A stretch of DNA of 64,000 nt from Gracilinanus agilis (taxonomy: Eukaryota). A model generated the notes under the pieces. The model was given only the letters and a program-made list of their open reading frames with translations, had not been told where the DNA came from and did not search any database. The stretch covers positions 37,559,980 through 37,623,979 of the forward strand of contig NC_058130.1 in assembly GCF_016433145.1 (NCBI RefSeq). Reading direction: 5' to 3'. The position numbers were made by a program, and so were the translations under genes. The first letter of the stretch is position 1. Each line of letters begins with the position of its first letter. Positions 25,274-37,655 of the stretch are shown here, in pieces.

Positions 25274-25462
25274 CAGTGATTCCCAAAGTGGGTGCTACTG
25301 CCCCCTGGTGGATACTGCAGCGATCCAGGAAGGTGGTGATGGCTACACTTTTTTTGTATTACATTCTTTTCTGAGTTCAATAGTTTCATAATTTCCAGGG
25401 GGCACTAAGTAATATTTTTTCTGGAAAGGGGGTGGTAGGCCAAAAAAGTTTGGGAACCACTG
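25274..25462 (+). mobile_element. hAT MITE family A
   Basis: Same TIRs; perfect TSD CTCTAGAC; inserted into a SINE. Confidence 0.95.
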
Positions 25463-26759
25463 CTCTAGACCCAACTCTCTATTCACTGAGCTATCTAGCT
25501 GCCCTCTTTCCCACACCTTCTCAGAAGGTTGGAGCATGCTGTATGAACTAGAATGGCATGACCCTGGAGAGGTATCTAAGATTAGAGATGAGTCTGTGAC
25601 AAAATTATCTTGAGAACCAACAGTGACAAATGTATTTAGATTTCTTCCAATTGGCTCTCGTGTCCCAAAACCACTTGCAGGGGTTCCCAACTCTCAAAGG
25701 AAGATTTTTATTGGCTGGTTGTTTTTTTTCCAGATGTCTAATTGTCTAATTTAAGTTCCTCCTGCTGAAGCACAATCTCATGTTTCGTCTTGGGCTTCTT
25801 TCCCTGGAAAGGGGGTTGGGGGGTATGCAGTTAGAGAATTGTTCATCTCCTTGTTGAAACTAGGAGAGGAAAATTAGTTTCACCTGCCTCAACCTTCTCT
25901 CCTACAGACTGAATAAACTCTCTTCACTTTGCCCAAGTATTATTTCTTTCTTTGCTTTAATTATTTTGCATTAATAATCCCTAATTCTGAAGGCTTCTGA
26001 CTAAGGTTAATGAAAGGGAAAGCCTTGGGTTATAAACTCTTCCCCAGTACCAACTACACCCAGAAGAATGCAGCTGAATTATCTGTCTACACTAAACTTA
26101 ACAGGCTGGTATCTGGAAAGCCTTGATTTCTAAAAAAAGCTGAAATTGTTCAGATTTTCATCTGGACATGTCAGTGCTATCTTTTAGAAAAGAAGAGCTG
26201 TAATTAGCCTAAGATGAGTAGGGTTTTGTCTTATGGTGTGGCAGGGGGAGGGAAGGTGGCACACTGTCTCCAGAATATGACCAAGAAACCTATGACTCCA
26301 TTTCATAGTACTCTACTGATTCTGCCACAGAGTCACTATCCCCTAACTAGCCTTTCACCATGGTGCCCTCTTCTGGGGGTCCATCTTCCATCAATTTCCA
26401 TCAGGACAAGGGCTGAACTCTCTGAGGGAGAGGCCACTTCCTCTCCTACCACAAAGAAGAAAGCAATGATAATGGAAAGTAATCATGACTGAAATCTACT
26501 ATAGTCCAAGTTAGGATCAATCAATAAACATTTCTAAAACACCTACTGTGTGCTGGGCATTGTGTGAGGTTCTCGGTATAAAACAAAACAACAAAAAAAG
26601 ACAAAACTAAGACAGTATAGTTAGACTGTCCTTTGCGTCACTGGTGATTCATACTGCCTTCACTCCCCGCATATACTCTCTGTTCAATGGAATAGAAGTC
26701 CTGGGTTCAACTCTGCTAGACAGTTCTTTATCCTCTGGAATGTTCAGTTTGTTATGCCT

Positions 26760-27030
26760 TAAATTTTTAAAAAATTAATCTTATTTTTATATCACCTTCT
26801 TTCCCAAATATATTCCTCCCTCTCCTATTCAGAAGGCCATTGCTTATAATAAAAAAGAAAAAGAAAAAAGAAATGGAGTGGGGGAAGTTCAGCAAAATTA
26901 ACCAATACAACCATTGAGGTTTAGAACACATGCAATGTTCCCCATTAATAGTCCCCCATCCCTACAAAGAGAGAAAGGAGGTATATTTTCTCAATTCATC
27001 TTAAGGGAGAAGATTGGCCTTTTTTCCCTT
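26760..27030 (-). mobile_element. Old L1 3'UTR fragment
   Basis: AGTTCAGCAAAATTAACCAATAC...TGCAATGTTCCCCA reverse old marsupial L1 text. Confidence 0.6.
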
Positions 27031-27411
27031 TAACAGCCAATATTTTGTGACACTGAAGTGGACAGTTTTCATGATTTACAAACTGAAAATAAATCTCCCT
27101 GTGTGGAGTATAAATCAAACAGAATAAAACCATCAACACTTTCTGATGAGGAAAATTCTAGAGACTGATGTAGGTGAGAATCAATAAGGAGCTGTCAGAG
27201 GAAACAGATGGTCCAGGACTTGGCAAAATGCCTTGCACATAGTAGGTGCTTAATAAATTCTCATTGACCAAGTGTCTTATTCATCAGCCACCACACATGT
27301 ACAATAAAGAAAGTGCCAAATAAGGCTGGGAGAAGAATCCCTAGGAAATGGAGGGAATGGGAAGACAGGATGTACAGATCAAAATAGAAAACAGAAAGAG
27401 ATGGAAAAGGG

Positions 27412-27598
27412 GTACCCAAGTGGCTCAGTGGCAAAAGGGCCAGGCCTGGAGATGAGAGGTCCTGGATTCAAATGTGATCTCAGATACTTCCTAGCTGTAT
27501 AACCCTGAGCAAGTCACTTAATCCCAATTGCCTAGCCTTTATAGCTCTTCTGCCTTGGAACTGATACTTAGTATTAATTCTAAGACAGAAGGGAAAGC
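27412..27598 (+). mobile_element. SINE1-type SINE followed by (GGAA)n (27600-27668)
   Basis: Head, CORE and tail visible. Confidence 0.88.
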
Positions 27599-28314
27599 AT
27601 GGAAGGAAGGAAGGAAGGAAGGAAGGAAGGAAGGAAGGAAGGAAGGAAGGAAGGAAGGAAGGAAGGAAATAANNNNNNNNNNNNNNNNNNNNNNNNNNNN
27701 NNNNNNNNNNNNNNNNNNNNNNNNNNNNNNNNNNNNNNNNNNNNNNNNNNNNNNNNNNNNNNNNNNNNNNNNNNNNNNNNNNNNNNNNNNNNNNNNNNNN
27801 NNNNNNNNNNNNNNNNNNNNNNNNNNNNNNNNNNNNNNNNNNNNNNNNNNNNNNNNNNNNNNNNNNNNNNNNNNNNNNNNNNNNNNNNNNNNNNNNNNNN
27901 NNNNNNNNNNNNNNNNNNNNNNNNNNNNNNNNNNNNNNNNNNNNNNNNNNNNNNNNNNNNNNNNNNNNNNNNNNNNNNNNNNNNNNNNNNNNNNNNNNNN
28001 NAAGGAGAGAGGGAGGGGAATGAGGGNNNNNNNNNNNNNNNNNNNNNNNNNNNNNNNNNNNNNNNNNNNNNNNNNNNNNNNNNNNNNNNNNNNNNNNNNN
28101 NNNNNNNNNNNNNNNNNNNNNNNNNNNNNNNNNNNNNNNNNNNNNNNNNNNNNNNNNNNNNNNNNNNNNNNNNNNNNNNNNNNNNNNNTGACTTCTAGTT
28201 TGGACTGTCAGTTTTTTCACATTTACAATAAATTCGCAAGCCATTCCTAGCTCAAGGGCTGTATTGAAGCATGCTAGCTGGAGTATGCAGACCCTTGGTT
28301 AAGAGGAATGAGAA

Positions 28315-28590
28315 GTGTCTGGTCTGGTGGTGTTTGCTCCTTGGGCAGCTAAGGCTGCTGGATCACTTGAGTTTGGGAGCTGTGAGCTACCGTAGGGCTA
28401 AAGCTGCTCATCACTAAATCTCACATTGATCTAGTGAACCTCCAGGAGCAGAGGCCACCAGGCTCTCTAAGGAGGGACAAAGCAGCCTAACCCAGGAAAA
28501 TGGAGCAGGTTAAGATTCCCTGCAGGAAGATCAGGCTGACGAGTGACTGCTCCCTAAAGTGACCAAGGCTGGAATATAAGTAATCTGAGT
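28315..28590 (+). pseudogene. 7SL-derived retrocopy
   Basis: GGATCACTTGAGTTTGGGAG...GAACCTCCAGGAGCAGAGGCCACCAGGCTCTCTAAGGAGGG...GGAAAATGGAGCAGGTTAAGATTCCC colinear with 7SL. Confidence 0.8.
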
Positions 28591-30183
28591 TCCTTTCCCC
28601 CATGCTCATGCGCCCCCCAAAAGACGAAAGTTGAGAGAAAAGAAGAAATATAGAGAACTGAAGAAAAGAATGATAAGGAAAATTAGCCATGACTGAAGTT
28701 TGCTGTAGTTTATGTTGGGATCTAATAAAGCATCTAATTAAGCACCTACTGTGTACCCAGCATTGGGCTTAGTGCTGGTCATCTGAAGCTAAAACAAAGC
28801 AGTCCTTGCCCTCAAGAAGCTTCCATTCTAACAGAGGGGACAGCATAACCTGTTAGAACTAAATTTAAGGAAAATCACTAAGTGGCTATGTGGGGGCTGT
28901 ATTAAAGGGAGGAGAAAAATGAGTCTCTAATGGAGACCAGTGAGGCAGCCATTGCCATAGTCTGAATGAAAAGTGATGAGAACCTGAACTGAGACTACTC
29001 ATGTAGAATTGCTATAGGAATGGAGTGGAGAAGGAAGTGGCCAGGCACTCCATTTTCTTACCATGAAAACCCCAAAGAGGGTCATGAAGAGTCAGACATG
29101 ACTGAAACAATGAAAGGACAACAATAGGAAAGGAGAGAAAGGAGGATATGGCTAGATGTGGCTGAGGTAGAAATGGCAGTATTTGGTAACTGATTGACTG
29201 TGGGCTGAGAGAGAGGGTGGGGTTGAGGATTACAGGTAGATAAAAGCATTCATTAAATCCCTACTAGCATCAACAAAACACCATGATCCATAAAATGTTA
29301 AGGATATAGATATAAGTAAGCAAGAGAGTCCTTGATCTCAAGAAGCTTAAATTCTAATAAAAAAAAAAATTACAACTCTGGGGAGTGGTATAGAAGCCTG
29401 ATTTCTGAAAATGTACGGCAGAGGCTCACCTGTCAATGCTCCAAAACTCAGAGGTGGGGTCCAAAGTTGCAGTGGAGGGGAGAGGAGAATAATGGATGGA
29501 GTACAGGGAGCACAAGGTGAGAATGCGTGTGGGAAGTGGATGAAACTAAGATTGAGACCTGGATGACTGGAAAGATGATGTTGCTTTCATAGAGCAAAGA
29601 ACCAAAGGGGATTTTTGGAACCATCTTGGCCCAGTCCATCCATTTCACAACAGAAGAAACTGAGGCCCATGGACATAAATTGGTTTACCCAAGTTAGGAT
29701 GGCTAACTAGTGATAGGACTTGAACTGTACCCAATTGTATTGCCTTTATCAAATCACTTGTCTTTTCTGAGTTTTGGTTTCCTGAAACGAGACGGTTGGT
29801 TCACATTATCTTTAGAAACCCTTCTAGCTCTAAAAAAATTCTATGATGCTTTCTTAGTCCTTCAACATCGAGCCTCTTTTGCCAATTTGGATTTACTTTC
29901 CAAATGAGCAATATTTACCTGCTGAAAGGGCCAAATGCCTACAAAAAATGAGACCAATCTTATACACAGTTATCAAGTTTATTGAATTCATATTTTTCAC
30001 ATTAACCTTACTAGATTTTAAATCTGAAAGGGGCATGATGTGGGCCCTATTCCTCAGATTAAAGCACTTTTAATTGTGCTGTCATGTCAGATATATTAAA
30101 ATCTAAGTGACAGCATCAGAGGTGAAAGATTTATGCCTATGTTACTGCACTGAAGGAATGTTTCATGACAGGTTCTCCAGGAA

Positions 30184-30211
<28 letters not shown>
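30184..30211. repeat. (AT)n microsatellite
   Basis: Direct reading. Confidence 0.97.
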
Positions 30212-30214
<3 letters not shown>

Positions 30215-31499
30215 TATATGATGAGCCATGGGCTCCCAGTATATATAAACACAATCCTACAGTCTTGTCAGTGAGTCAAACAAAGCTGCTTTCCCTCTCC
30301 TGCTACCAAGAGGTCACATCTCTACTTTTTAGCACATGGTTATTTAGGTCAAAAGACATTTATTGCACACCAACTATTTGCCAGGATTTGAGTTAGGTGG
30401 TGGGGATATATGGACAAAAATAAAAAAGAATCCCTGCCTTTAACCTCACTGGATCTCAGTTTCCTCATCAATAAAATGAGGCTATTGAGTCAAATGATTT
30501 CTGAAATGCCAATCAGCTCCAACTCTATGATCCTGTGACTTCCGGGGAAGAGAAACAGACTCCCTTAAGGAACCAGAGGCTAAATAAATTATAAGGAAGT
30601 TTTCTCATAACACCGAGCCCTTTTGAAACTTCCACCAATCAGTCTTTTATCCTGATCCCTGGAAGGATCTTAGTGAACACTCCCTACCCCAGCTTTTAGC
30701 TTACAACATTCCAACAATTATGCTCCTTTGAACCAGGATTTCCATTTCCCTGAAGACTTCTGCTACTTCATCAGGGTGATTACTAAAACCCCATCATTAG
30801 TATATTTTTATCTCTAACTTTCAAAAGTTGGACCAAAGTGTCACAGTGGACACTGGCAGTCTGCGTTTCCAGGCCAGACCACATCTGAGCCGTGCCAGGC
30901 AAGTTTGTTGTCAATTCTTAAAAACCACAAGAAAAAAGAAATTGCATAGTCTTCTTCAAAAAGACCACAGAAACCACAGTGGCCTCCTGATGACCAACCT
31001 TAATCCTGGTGGAAAATCCGCTTCTTCTGGGAGAGCAAAACTTCAACTATAACTCCTTGAGCTTCCAAGCTCTGGTGAGAGTAGTTATCAGTGAGAATCT
31101 ATGCTAGTATAGAAGACAGGAGTCAGGAGCTAGAAAGAGAATGGCATAATTGCAAACAAAATGCCTGGGATGACGCACCCAAATTTTAAGGCTATCAAGT
31201 CACTAGATCCCATTTCAGGAGAGAGTGGCCAAATGCTACCATTCCCTGCCCTCCCCCTTACCCAAATAGTGTAGATCCTTGTCCCAGAGCCCAGTTATGC
31301 CCAGGCTTACTACAACCCTGAAAACTAAGTCTCTTCTTCCTGCCCTAGTATTGCTCACATGTGGTCAGGATTTGTGCTAGTCCCTAATGATTACATTTAA
31401 TTCAAAAGATTCTTGGAGAGTCACTCTATTTTGGTCCCGTGCTATAAAACATATTTGTGTACCTTGCACATTGCTATCAGTTTACACATTACAAAGGAC

Positions 31500-32535
31500 A
31501 GAGTGTCTAGCATGGATGCTAGGAGTCATCAGGTAGAGGAAACACAAGTGTTAAGGCTAGGGATCCATTCATGCTCTAATTAATTACAGAAGACCCAGCC
31601 ATCTTGATTGAATCACTCAATCAAAAGTAAACAAGAGGTGAATAAATCCTTAATCAGTTTGAAAAGATAAATAGGAGCTTTAGATAAAGGCAAATGAAGC
31701 CACTTAGGAAATATCTTGAGATTAGTTGAGGATCAAGTCATGACTTTGGGGGACGACCATGCAGATAATTATAGCAAGTTAATTGAAAGGCAGTCAAATG
31801 GAAGAGGTCTCTAAGACCTGAGGATTCTAGACCCCTGAGAAAGAAGCTCTCTGGGGTGGGAAGAGTTAGTGGGGAGAGGAAGGAGTCTTCTTGCTTTTTC
31901 TTCTTGGCCATGTTACTGGAGAGATTGGGCTAGTGTGAGATAACAAAGCTACCTTGATGCAGAAAGAGACATGCCAAGGACAAACAGGAAGTCTCCCAAG
32001 GGGAAAAAACAAACAAACAACTATCCCATGACAGAATTGACCAGTTTCAGTCTTATCCAACTCTTTGTCATCCTATGGATCTCTGTCCTGGGATTTTTGG
32101 GGCAAAAATACTAGTGGAGTTTGACATTTCCCATTAGCAACATCTATAGAGCTGCAGTGGCTGAGCAGTGAGACACTTGCCAAGGACAAATTAGACACAA
32201 TGAGGAAAGGCAATTCCAGGACTTTAGTGCCCTCAGTGCCAGCAGAGAGCTATGCCTAAGGGGAACCTCATGAAGATACCACAGAAAAGAGGACTGCCAA
32301 TAACCAGGACCTGTGAGATTAGCCTTTTGTCCTTTGAATCCCCTATACATGTGTCTTTCTTCTATTTTACCAGGAGATGTAGCCTATCCCTGGGAACTTT
32401 GTATATTTGAGGGAAGGTATATCCTTGGTTTGGAGGATGTCTCCTCTAACAATTGTCCTTTCTCTAAGTAAATACCTTTCCTAAAGGATCATTAAATCTG
32501 GATGATAAAAAATGAGAAACACACGCACAGGGGCT
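31500..32535 (+). mobile_element. Possible old LTR with a short RTE/MAR1-tail insertion (about 32035-32135)
   Basis: LTR-like 3' end (AGTAAATACC...GGGGCTCATGAAACA); boundaries uncertain. Confidence 0.3.
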
Positions 32536-33049
32536 CATGAAACATAGTATTAGAAACTCCAGCACATAAAGGTTAAAATTTAATACTGAATGGAGAAGTA
32601 GTCAGCTGTTCTTTGGGGATCCTGACCATCAATGCTAGTGGGAATTAAGTAAGTGTTCCCAGAGGGGTGCTACAAAAAGAAGCGCAGATATATTTCTCAC
32701 AGTAATGAAATCAGGAGGAGAAAATAAATGGCACTTATTTATTAAATAAATAATAATTGATTCGATAAGTTTAATTAAATACATTTATATTTAAATAAAA
32801 TTACCAAATAAATAATAACAATAGTATAAACAATCATGAATAACAATAATTCTGACTTTGTGGATAGTATGGAAATGTCAAGTCAACAATATTGGTAATT
32901 CATCCCTTAATTCGATCCTTTATTATTATCTCTGAGATTCCATCCATCTCTAAAATTCAATGGAATTTTTTCTCTTGACTATGTTCTTCTCTATGACTGT
33001 TTCCTCACTTATCAACTTCTCTCTGTTTATCACTCTTAAATTTTGACTT

Positions 33050-33615
33050 GATTCAATTCTTTAAAAAAATTTGTTTCATTAAAGTTCCCACATAATCCTT
33101 TCCCTCTCTCCCTTTCCCACACTAAAGAAGGTATGATTTGCATATATATGTATTTTTTAAGTATAAAATGTATGTATATATAAAACTAGGTCTTGCTTCT
33201 ATTTATCAATTCTTTCTCTGGAGGTGGACATACACAAGTTCTTCAAATAATATTTCTGTAGCTGTATATAATGTTTTCCTGGTTCTGCTTGTTTCACTCT
33301 TCATAATTTCATGCAGGTCTTTCCATTTAAAAAAATCAACTAACTTGTCATTTATCATGCAGTAGTATTCCATCACAATCATATGCCACAACTTCTTTAG
33401 TTATTGCTCAATTGATGAGTATTCCCTCTAATTTCCAGTTCTTTGCCATCACAAAGAGAGTGTCTATAAATGTTTTAGAACATATAGGCTCTTTTCCTTT
33501 TCCCTGATAATCTTAGGAAATAAATCTAATAATGGAATTGCTGGGTCAAAGAATATACACAGTTTTGTAACTCTTTGAGTATAATTCCAAATTGCTCTCC
33601 AAAATGGTTGGATTC
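33050..33615 (-). mobile_element. L1 3' end
   Basis: Minus-strand translation WHMIVMEYYC...WKDLHEIMKSETSRTRKTLYT is L1 ORF2 C-terminal text. Confidence 0.9.
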
Positions 33616-33848
33616 AATTCAATTCAACAAGAATTTATTAAGTACCTATTACATATAAGGCCTTAATGAATAAATGCCCTCAAGGAGTTTACAATTTAAT
33701 GGGGAAAGATAAAGCATACAAAGGAGTGGTAACCAGGGAGGGGAATTTGGTTTGAAAATTTAAAGGATTGTTGATTAGAGTTCCAGGGAAATAACAGACA
33801 TATGTTATCCAGTAGCAAAGAAATATATATTTGGTTATTGTTCTAGAA

Positions 33849-34084
33849 TTGTGTTGGCGAACCTATGGCACATGTGCTGAAGCGTCCTGGATGGGGCTGC
33901 TCCCTTCCCACTCTCTACATGTGCCTGAGGACATTTCTCACATGACCTGCCCCTTGGTCCAACAGCCCAGTGGGAGTACTTCCTCCCTCCCTTGTCTGGG
34001 GTAAGGCAGGAGGCTCGCACACAGTGTGAGGATTGCAGTTTGGGCAGTTGGTCTCTAAGATCTCTCAAAGCTTCACCATCACTG
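33849..34084. mobile_element. Non-autonomous hAT (family B)
   Basis: TIRs TTGTGTTGGCGAACCT / AGCTTCACCATCACTG; TSD TTCTAGAA / TTCTAGAG. Confidence 0.88.
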
Positions 34085-34629
34085 TTCTAGAGTGAAGAAG
34101 AAAGGAAGAAGATAGTAAAATGAAGAGATGACGCCTTCTTTATGGCTTTCTTCCTTCTTCCCCAAATGCTGGCCATAATAGGCATGGGCAGGTCAGAAGG
34201 TGTGAGGACAAAGCACTTGTAGAATTGAAAGGCTGAGCTTTCCAAGATATGATATTGGGTCAGAGATAGAACAAGCTCCTATTCCTCTATGAGTGACAGA
34301 GAAGATGAAGACTATGAACAAGAAGATAAGTATTACGAACTGACTTCACATCTTATGAGAGCATTACAAGCACCTTGAGGGAAAGGGACCATTCCTGCAA
34401 GGGCCATGATTTCTTCAGGAAGAGAACTGTGTTTTGAGCCTAAAGCCTGACTGTTATTTATATATAATCTTGGAGAATTGCTAGGGACTAAGAGACTTGT
34501 CTGGGATGGCACAAATGCTAAATGTCAGAGGTAGAATTTGAACTCAGATCTCCTTGTCTCGGAAATAACTACTCTAACATCTCCCATTCTCACCTTCACC
34601 ATCATAATCCTTTATTTTAACAAAGTATT

Positions 34630-34820
34630 TTTTTAAACTCTTACTCATCTTAGAATAGATACTGTGTATTGGTTCCAAGGCAGAAGAATGGCAAGGGCTA
34701 GGCAATGGGGGTGAAGTGACTTGTCCAGGGTCACAGCTAGGAAGTGTCTGAGGCTAGATTTGAACCCAGAATCTTTCATCTCTAGACCTGGTTCTCAATC
34801 TACTGAGCCACCTAGCTGTC
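34630..34820 (-). mobile_element. SINE1-type SINE
   Basis: Reverse complement of the shared SINE1 sequence. Confidence 0.88.
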
Positions 34821-35035
34821 TTTCATTGAAAGACTATTTTAAATTTATCAAGAGACTTTGATATCCATTAGTTCACATCATCTCCAGAAACCCTGAACTA
34901 GTCTCTCCTGACTCTGGATGAGCAGTTCTTTGTATCAACTGGAAGCCTCTCACACATGATCATTGTTCCTATATGTGTCTCATTTCTCTGATTCAATTTT
35001 AAGCTCCATGAGAACAGGAACAAAGTCTAATGATT

Positions 35036-35232
35036 CTTTTTTTTAAAAACCTTACTTTCAGTCTGAGAACCAATACTGCGTATTGGTTCCAAAGCAGAAG
35101 TTTTCTAGGCAATTGGGGGTCAAGTGACTTACCCAGGGTCACACAGCTAGGAAGTGTCTGAGGCCAAATTTGGACCCAGAACCTCCCATACCTAAGTCTG
35201 GCTTTCACTCCCTGAGCTACCTAGCTTCCCCC
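35036..35232 (-). mobile_element. SINE1-type SINE
   Basis: Reverse complement of the shared SINE1 sequence. Confidence 0.88.
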
Positions 35233-35371
35233 ATTTCTTTATGCTTCTACTTCAAAAGGCAACATAACACATTAGACAGAATGCTAAACTTGGTGTCCAG
35301 AAGATCTAATTCTAATTCCCACCTTTGATATTTACTAACACTCCATGACATTAAGCTTAGGGTAGCTGGAT

Positions 35372-35585
35372 GGTGTAGTGGACAGAGAGTCAGGCCTGGA
35401 GTCAGGAAGATATGAGCTCAAATCTGGCCTCAGACACTAGCATTATGACCCTGGACAAGTCACTTAATTCTGTCTCAGTTTCCTCATCTTTCTGTAAAAT
35501 GAGTGGGAGAAGGAAATAGCAAGTATTTCCACCTAGAAAACCCCCAATGGGGTTAAAAATAGTTGAACACAATTGACTGAATGAC
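35372..35585 (+). mobile_element. MAR1-type SINE
   Basis: CORE plus GAAAACCCCCAATGGGGT RTE-like tail. Confidence 0.8.
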
Positions 35586-36439
35586 AGTATATTTTTTCTT
35601 TTATTTTTAATAAATATTTTTTAAATTATTGCTTTCTTTCCACTATCCTTCCCATTAAGCAACTAAAAAAAAAATCCTTCAACATATATTTGCCCAATCC
35701 AGCAAAACACATCTCCATGTTGGCCATATCCCAAAATGCCTGGCTTTTATTCTATCTATCAGGAAGTGAGTGGTTGGTTTTGTCTTCGGTCTCCTGGACT
35801 CCTGGTCCATCACTGCTTTGACCCGAGTTCTAAAGTCTTTTTTGAGTTGTTTTTCTCTATGAAGTTGTTATCATTGTAAAATTTGTTCCTCACTTCAGTA
35901 CTTTACAGATAAAGATTCTGATACTCAGAGAGGAATTGTGTTTTGTCTGAAGTCAGACAGACAGTAAGTGGAAAAGCTGAGATTTTAAGCCAGCTCCTCA
36001 GATTCCAAACCCAACCAGCACTTTCCACCACACAATGCTTTCCTCTTCATAATAACTATGGCAGGACTTACCTTGCAGGCTTAAACAATATAATATGGAA
36101 AGTGCTTTGCAAACTTTAAAATGCCGCCCCCCAAAAATTCTCCATAATGGCTAACCCAGTGCTTTACACAAAGAAAAGCTTAAAAAATATTTGTTGACTG
36201 AATGACAAGTCATAGAAGAGTGGGAGGGAAAGTATACTCATTGAGACACTTTTCAGCCCTACGACATCTTCGTACATGGCGAACTATGACTGAAAAAGCT
36301 TATTACCTGCCAGCTATCTCTTTGGCAATATGTGTCCTTTGACAACAGACACACAATCCATCATCATTCTGTACTATAAAGTCTTCCTGATGTGACTTGA
36401 AAGAATATGCACCCCTACTAACATATTTCAAGAAACTAG

Positions 36440-36647
36440 GGGGACAGCTGGGTAGCTCAGTGAATTGAGAGTCAAGGCTAGAGATGGGAGGTCCTAAGTT
36501 CAAATCCGGCCTCAGACACTTCCCAGCTGTGTGACCCTGGGCAAGTCACTTGATCCCCATTGCCCACCCTTACCACTCTTCCACCTAGGAGCCAATACAC
36601 AGAAGTTAAGGGTTTAAAAAAATAAAAATTAAATTAAATTAAATAAA
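36440..36647 (+). mobile_element. Young SINE1_Mdo
   Basis: Near-identical to 62462-62652; TSD AAGAAACTAG. Confidence 0.95.
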
Positions 36648-37309
36648 AAGAAACTAGAGTCAATTTCACACCATGATGAACTGTCCCAGGAAGACTTTAG
36701 TGAAGACCACAGAGTTAGAAAGTCAGTCAACAAGCATCTATTCAAAAATTCCTATGAGCCAGGCATTTTGTTAAATGCTGTGGTCATGAGAAAAGAGAAA
36801 AATCCCATGCGTTCATGGAGTACATTCTAATAGGGGAGACAAATAACTGCTGAAATAACAGCTATGGCAACTAAACATGAGAAGTAACTATTCCTAGAGG
36901 ATAAGACTTAATAAACATTTGTTGTCTGAATTAATAAATTACAAGTCCATTGAAGGGAGAAAGCTTATCTTCTTTGTATCCCCCATAATGCTTAGCACAG
37001 TCCATGTGTTTTTTCCCTTGGAGGGTGAGGGGACATAGTAGGTCCATCAAAATTTAGGCTAATACCTATCATTTATGTAGTACTTTATAGAGATTATCTC
37101 ATTTGATCCTCAAGATATCATGTGATAAGAAATATATGTACCATAAGCCCCCATTTTACAGATGAGAAAAATTGAGACTCAAAAAAATTAAATGATTTGC
37201 CCATATTCAAACCACCAGGAATTATCAGAGGCAAGATTCAGGGTCAGATCTCTTCTGATTCCAAACTTAGTTATCTTTTCAACAAACTGACTTAAAGGCA
37301 TCTAGTTTC

Positions 37310-37655
37310 CCTGGACCATAGAGGGGATCGGTGTGAGATAAGACCAAAGAGATCAAATCAGTGAATATTTGAAATTAATTCAAACTATTCATTGGAAGGT
37401 CAAATTCTGAAGCTGAAGCCTAAATACTTTGTGCACATGATGAGTAGAACTCACTGAAAAAGACCCTGATGTTGGGAAATATTGAAGGCAAAAGGAGAAG
37501 GGGATGGCAGGGGATGCTTTGGATAGATAGTGTCAGGGAAGCAATGAGCATGAACATGGACAGACCTTTGGAGATAGTGGTGGGTAAAATGTTTTGGAGT
37601 GCTATGGTCCATGGGATCATAGAAAGTCAGACACAATTGAAGATTAAACAACTAA
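37310..37655 (+). mobile_element. RTE (BovB-like) LINE 3' fragment
   Basis: Translation ...LKLKPKYF...KKTLMLGNIEGKRRRGWQGMLWIDSV...AMVHGIIESQTQL resembles the BovB ORF C-terminus (KTLMLGxIEGRRRRGRQRMRWLD...HGVAKSRTRL). Confidence 0.85.

Larger units (their letters stand above)
24508..25505 (-). mobile_element. SINE1-type SINE split by an LTR and a hAT MITE
   Basis: SINE pieces at about 24508-24604, 25199-25273 and 25463-25505 are colinear. Confidence 0.85.

Noticed and set aside
36066-36079. ACTTACCTTGCAGG as a U1 snRNA fragment or minus-strand donor
   Set aside because: It is part of a MIR tail and has no further U1 similarity
36303-36503. Minus-strand exon ending at CAG|GTAATA (NDDGLCVCCQRTHIAKEIAG)
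   Set aside because: Weak acceptor, no recognisable homology, and the ORF start lies in a SINE
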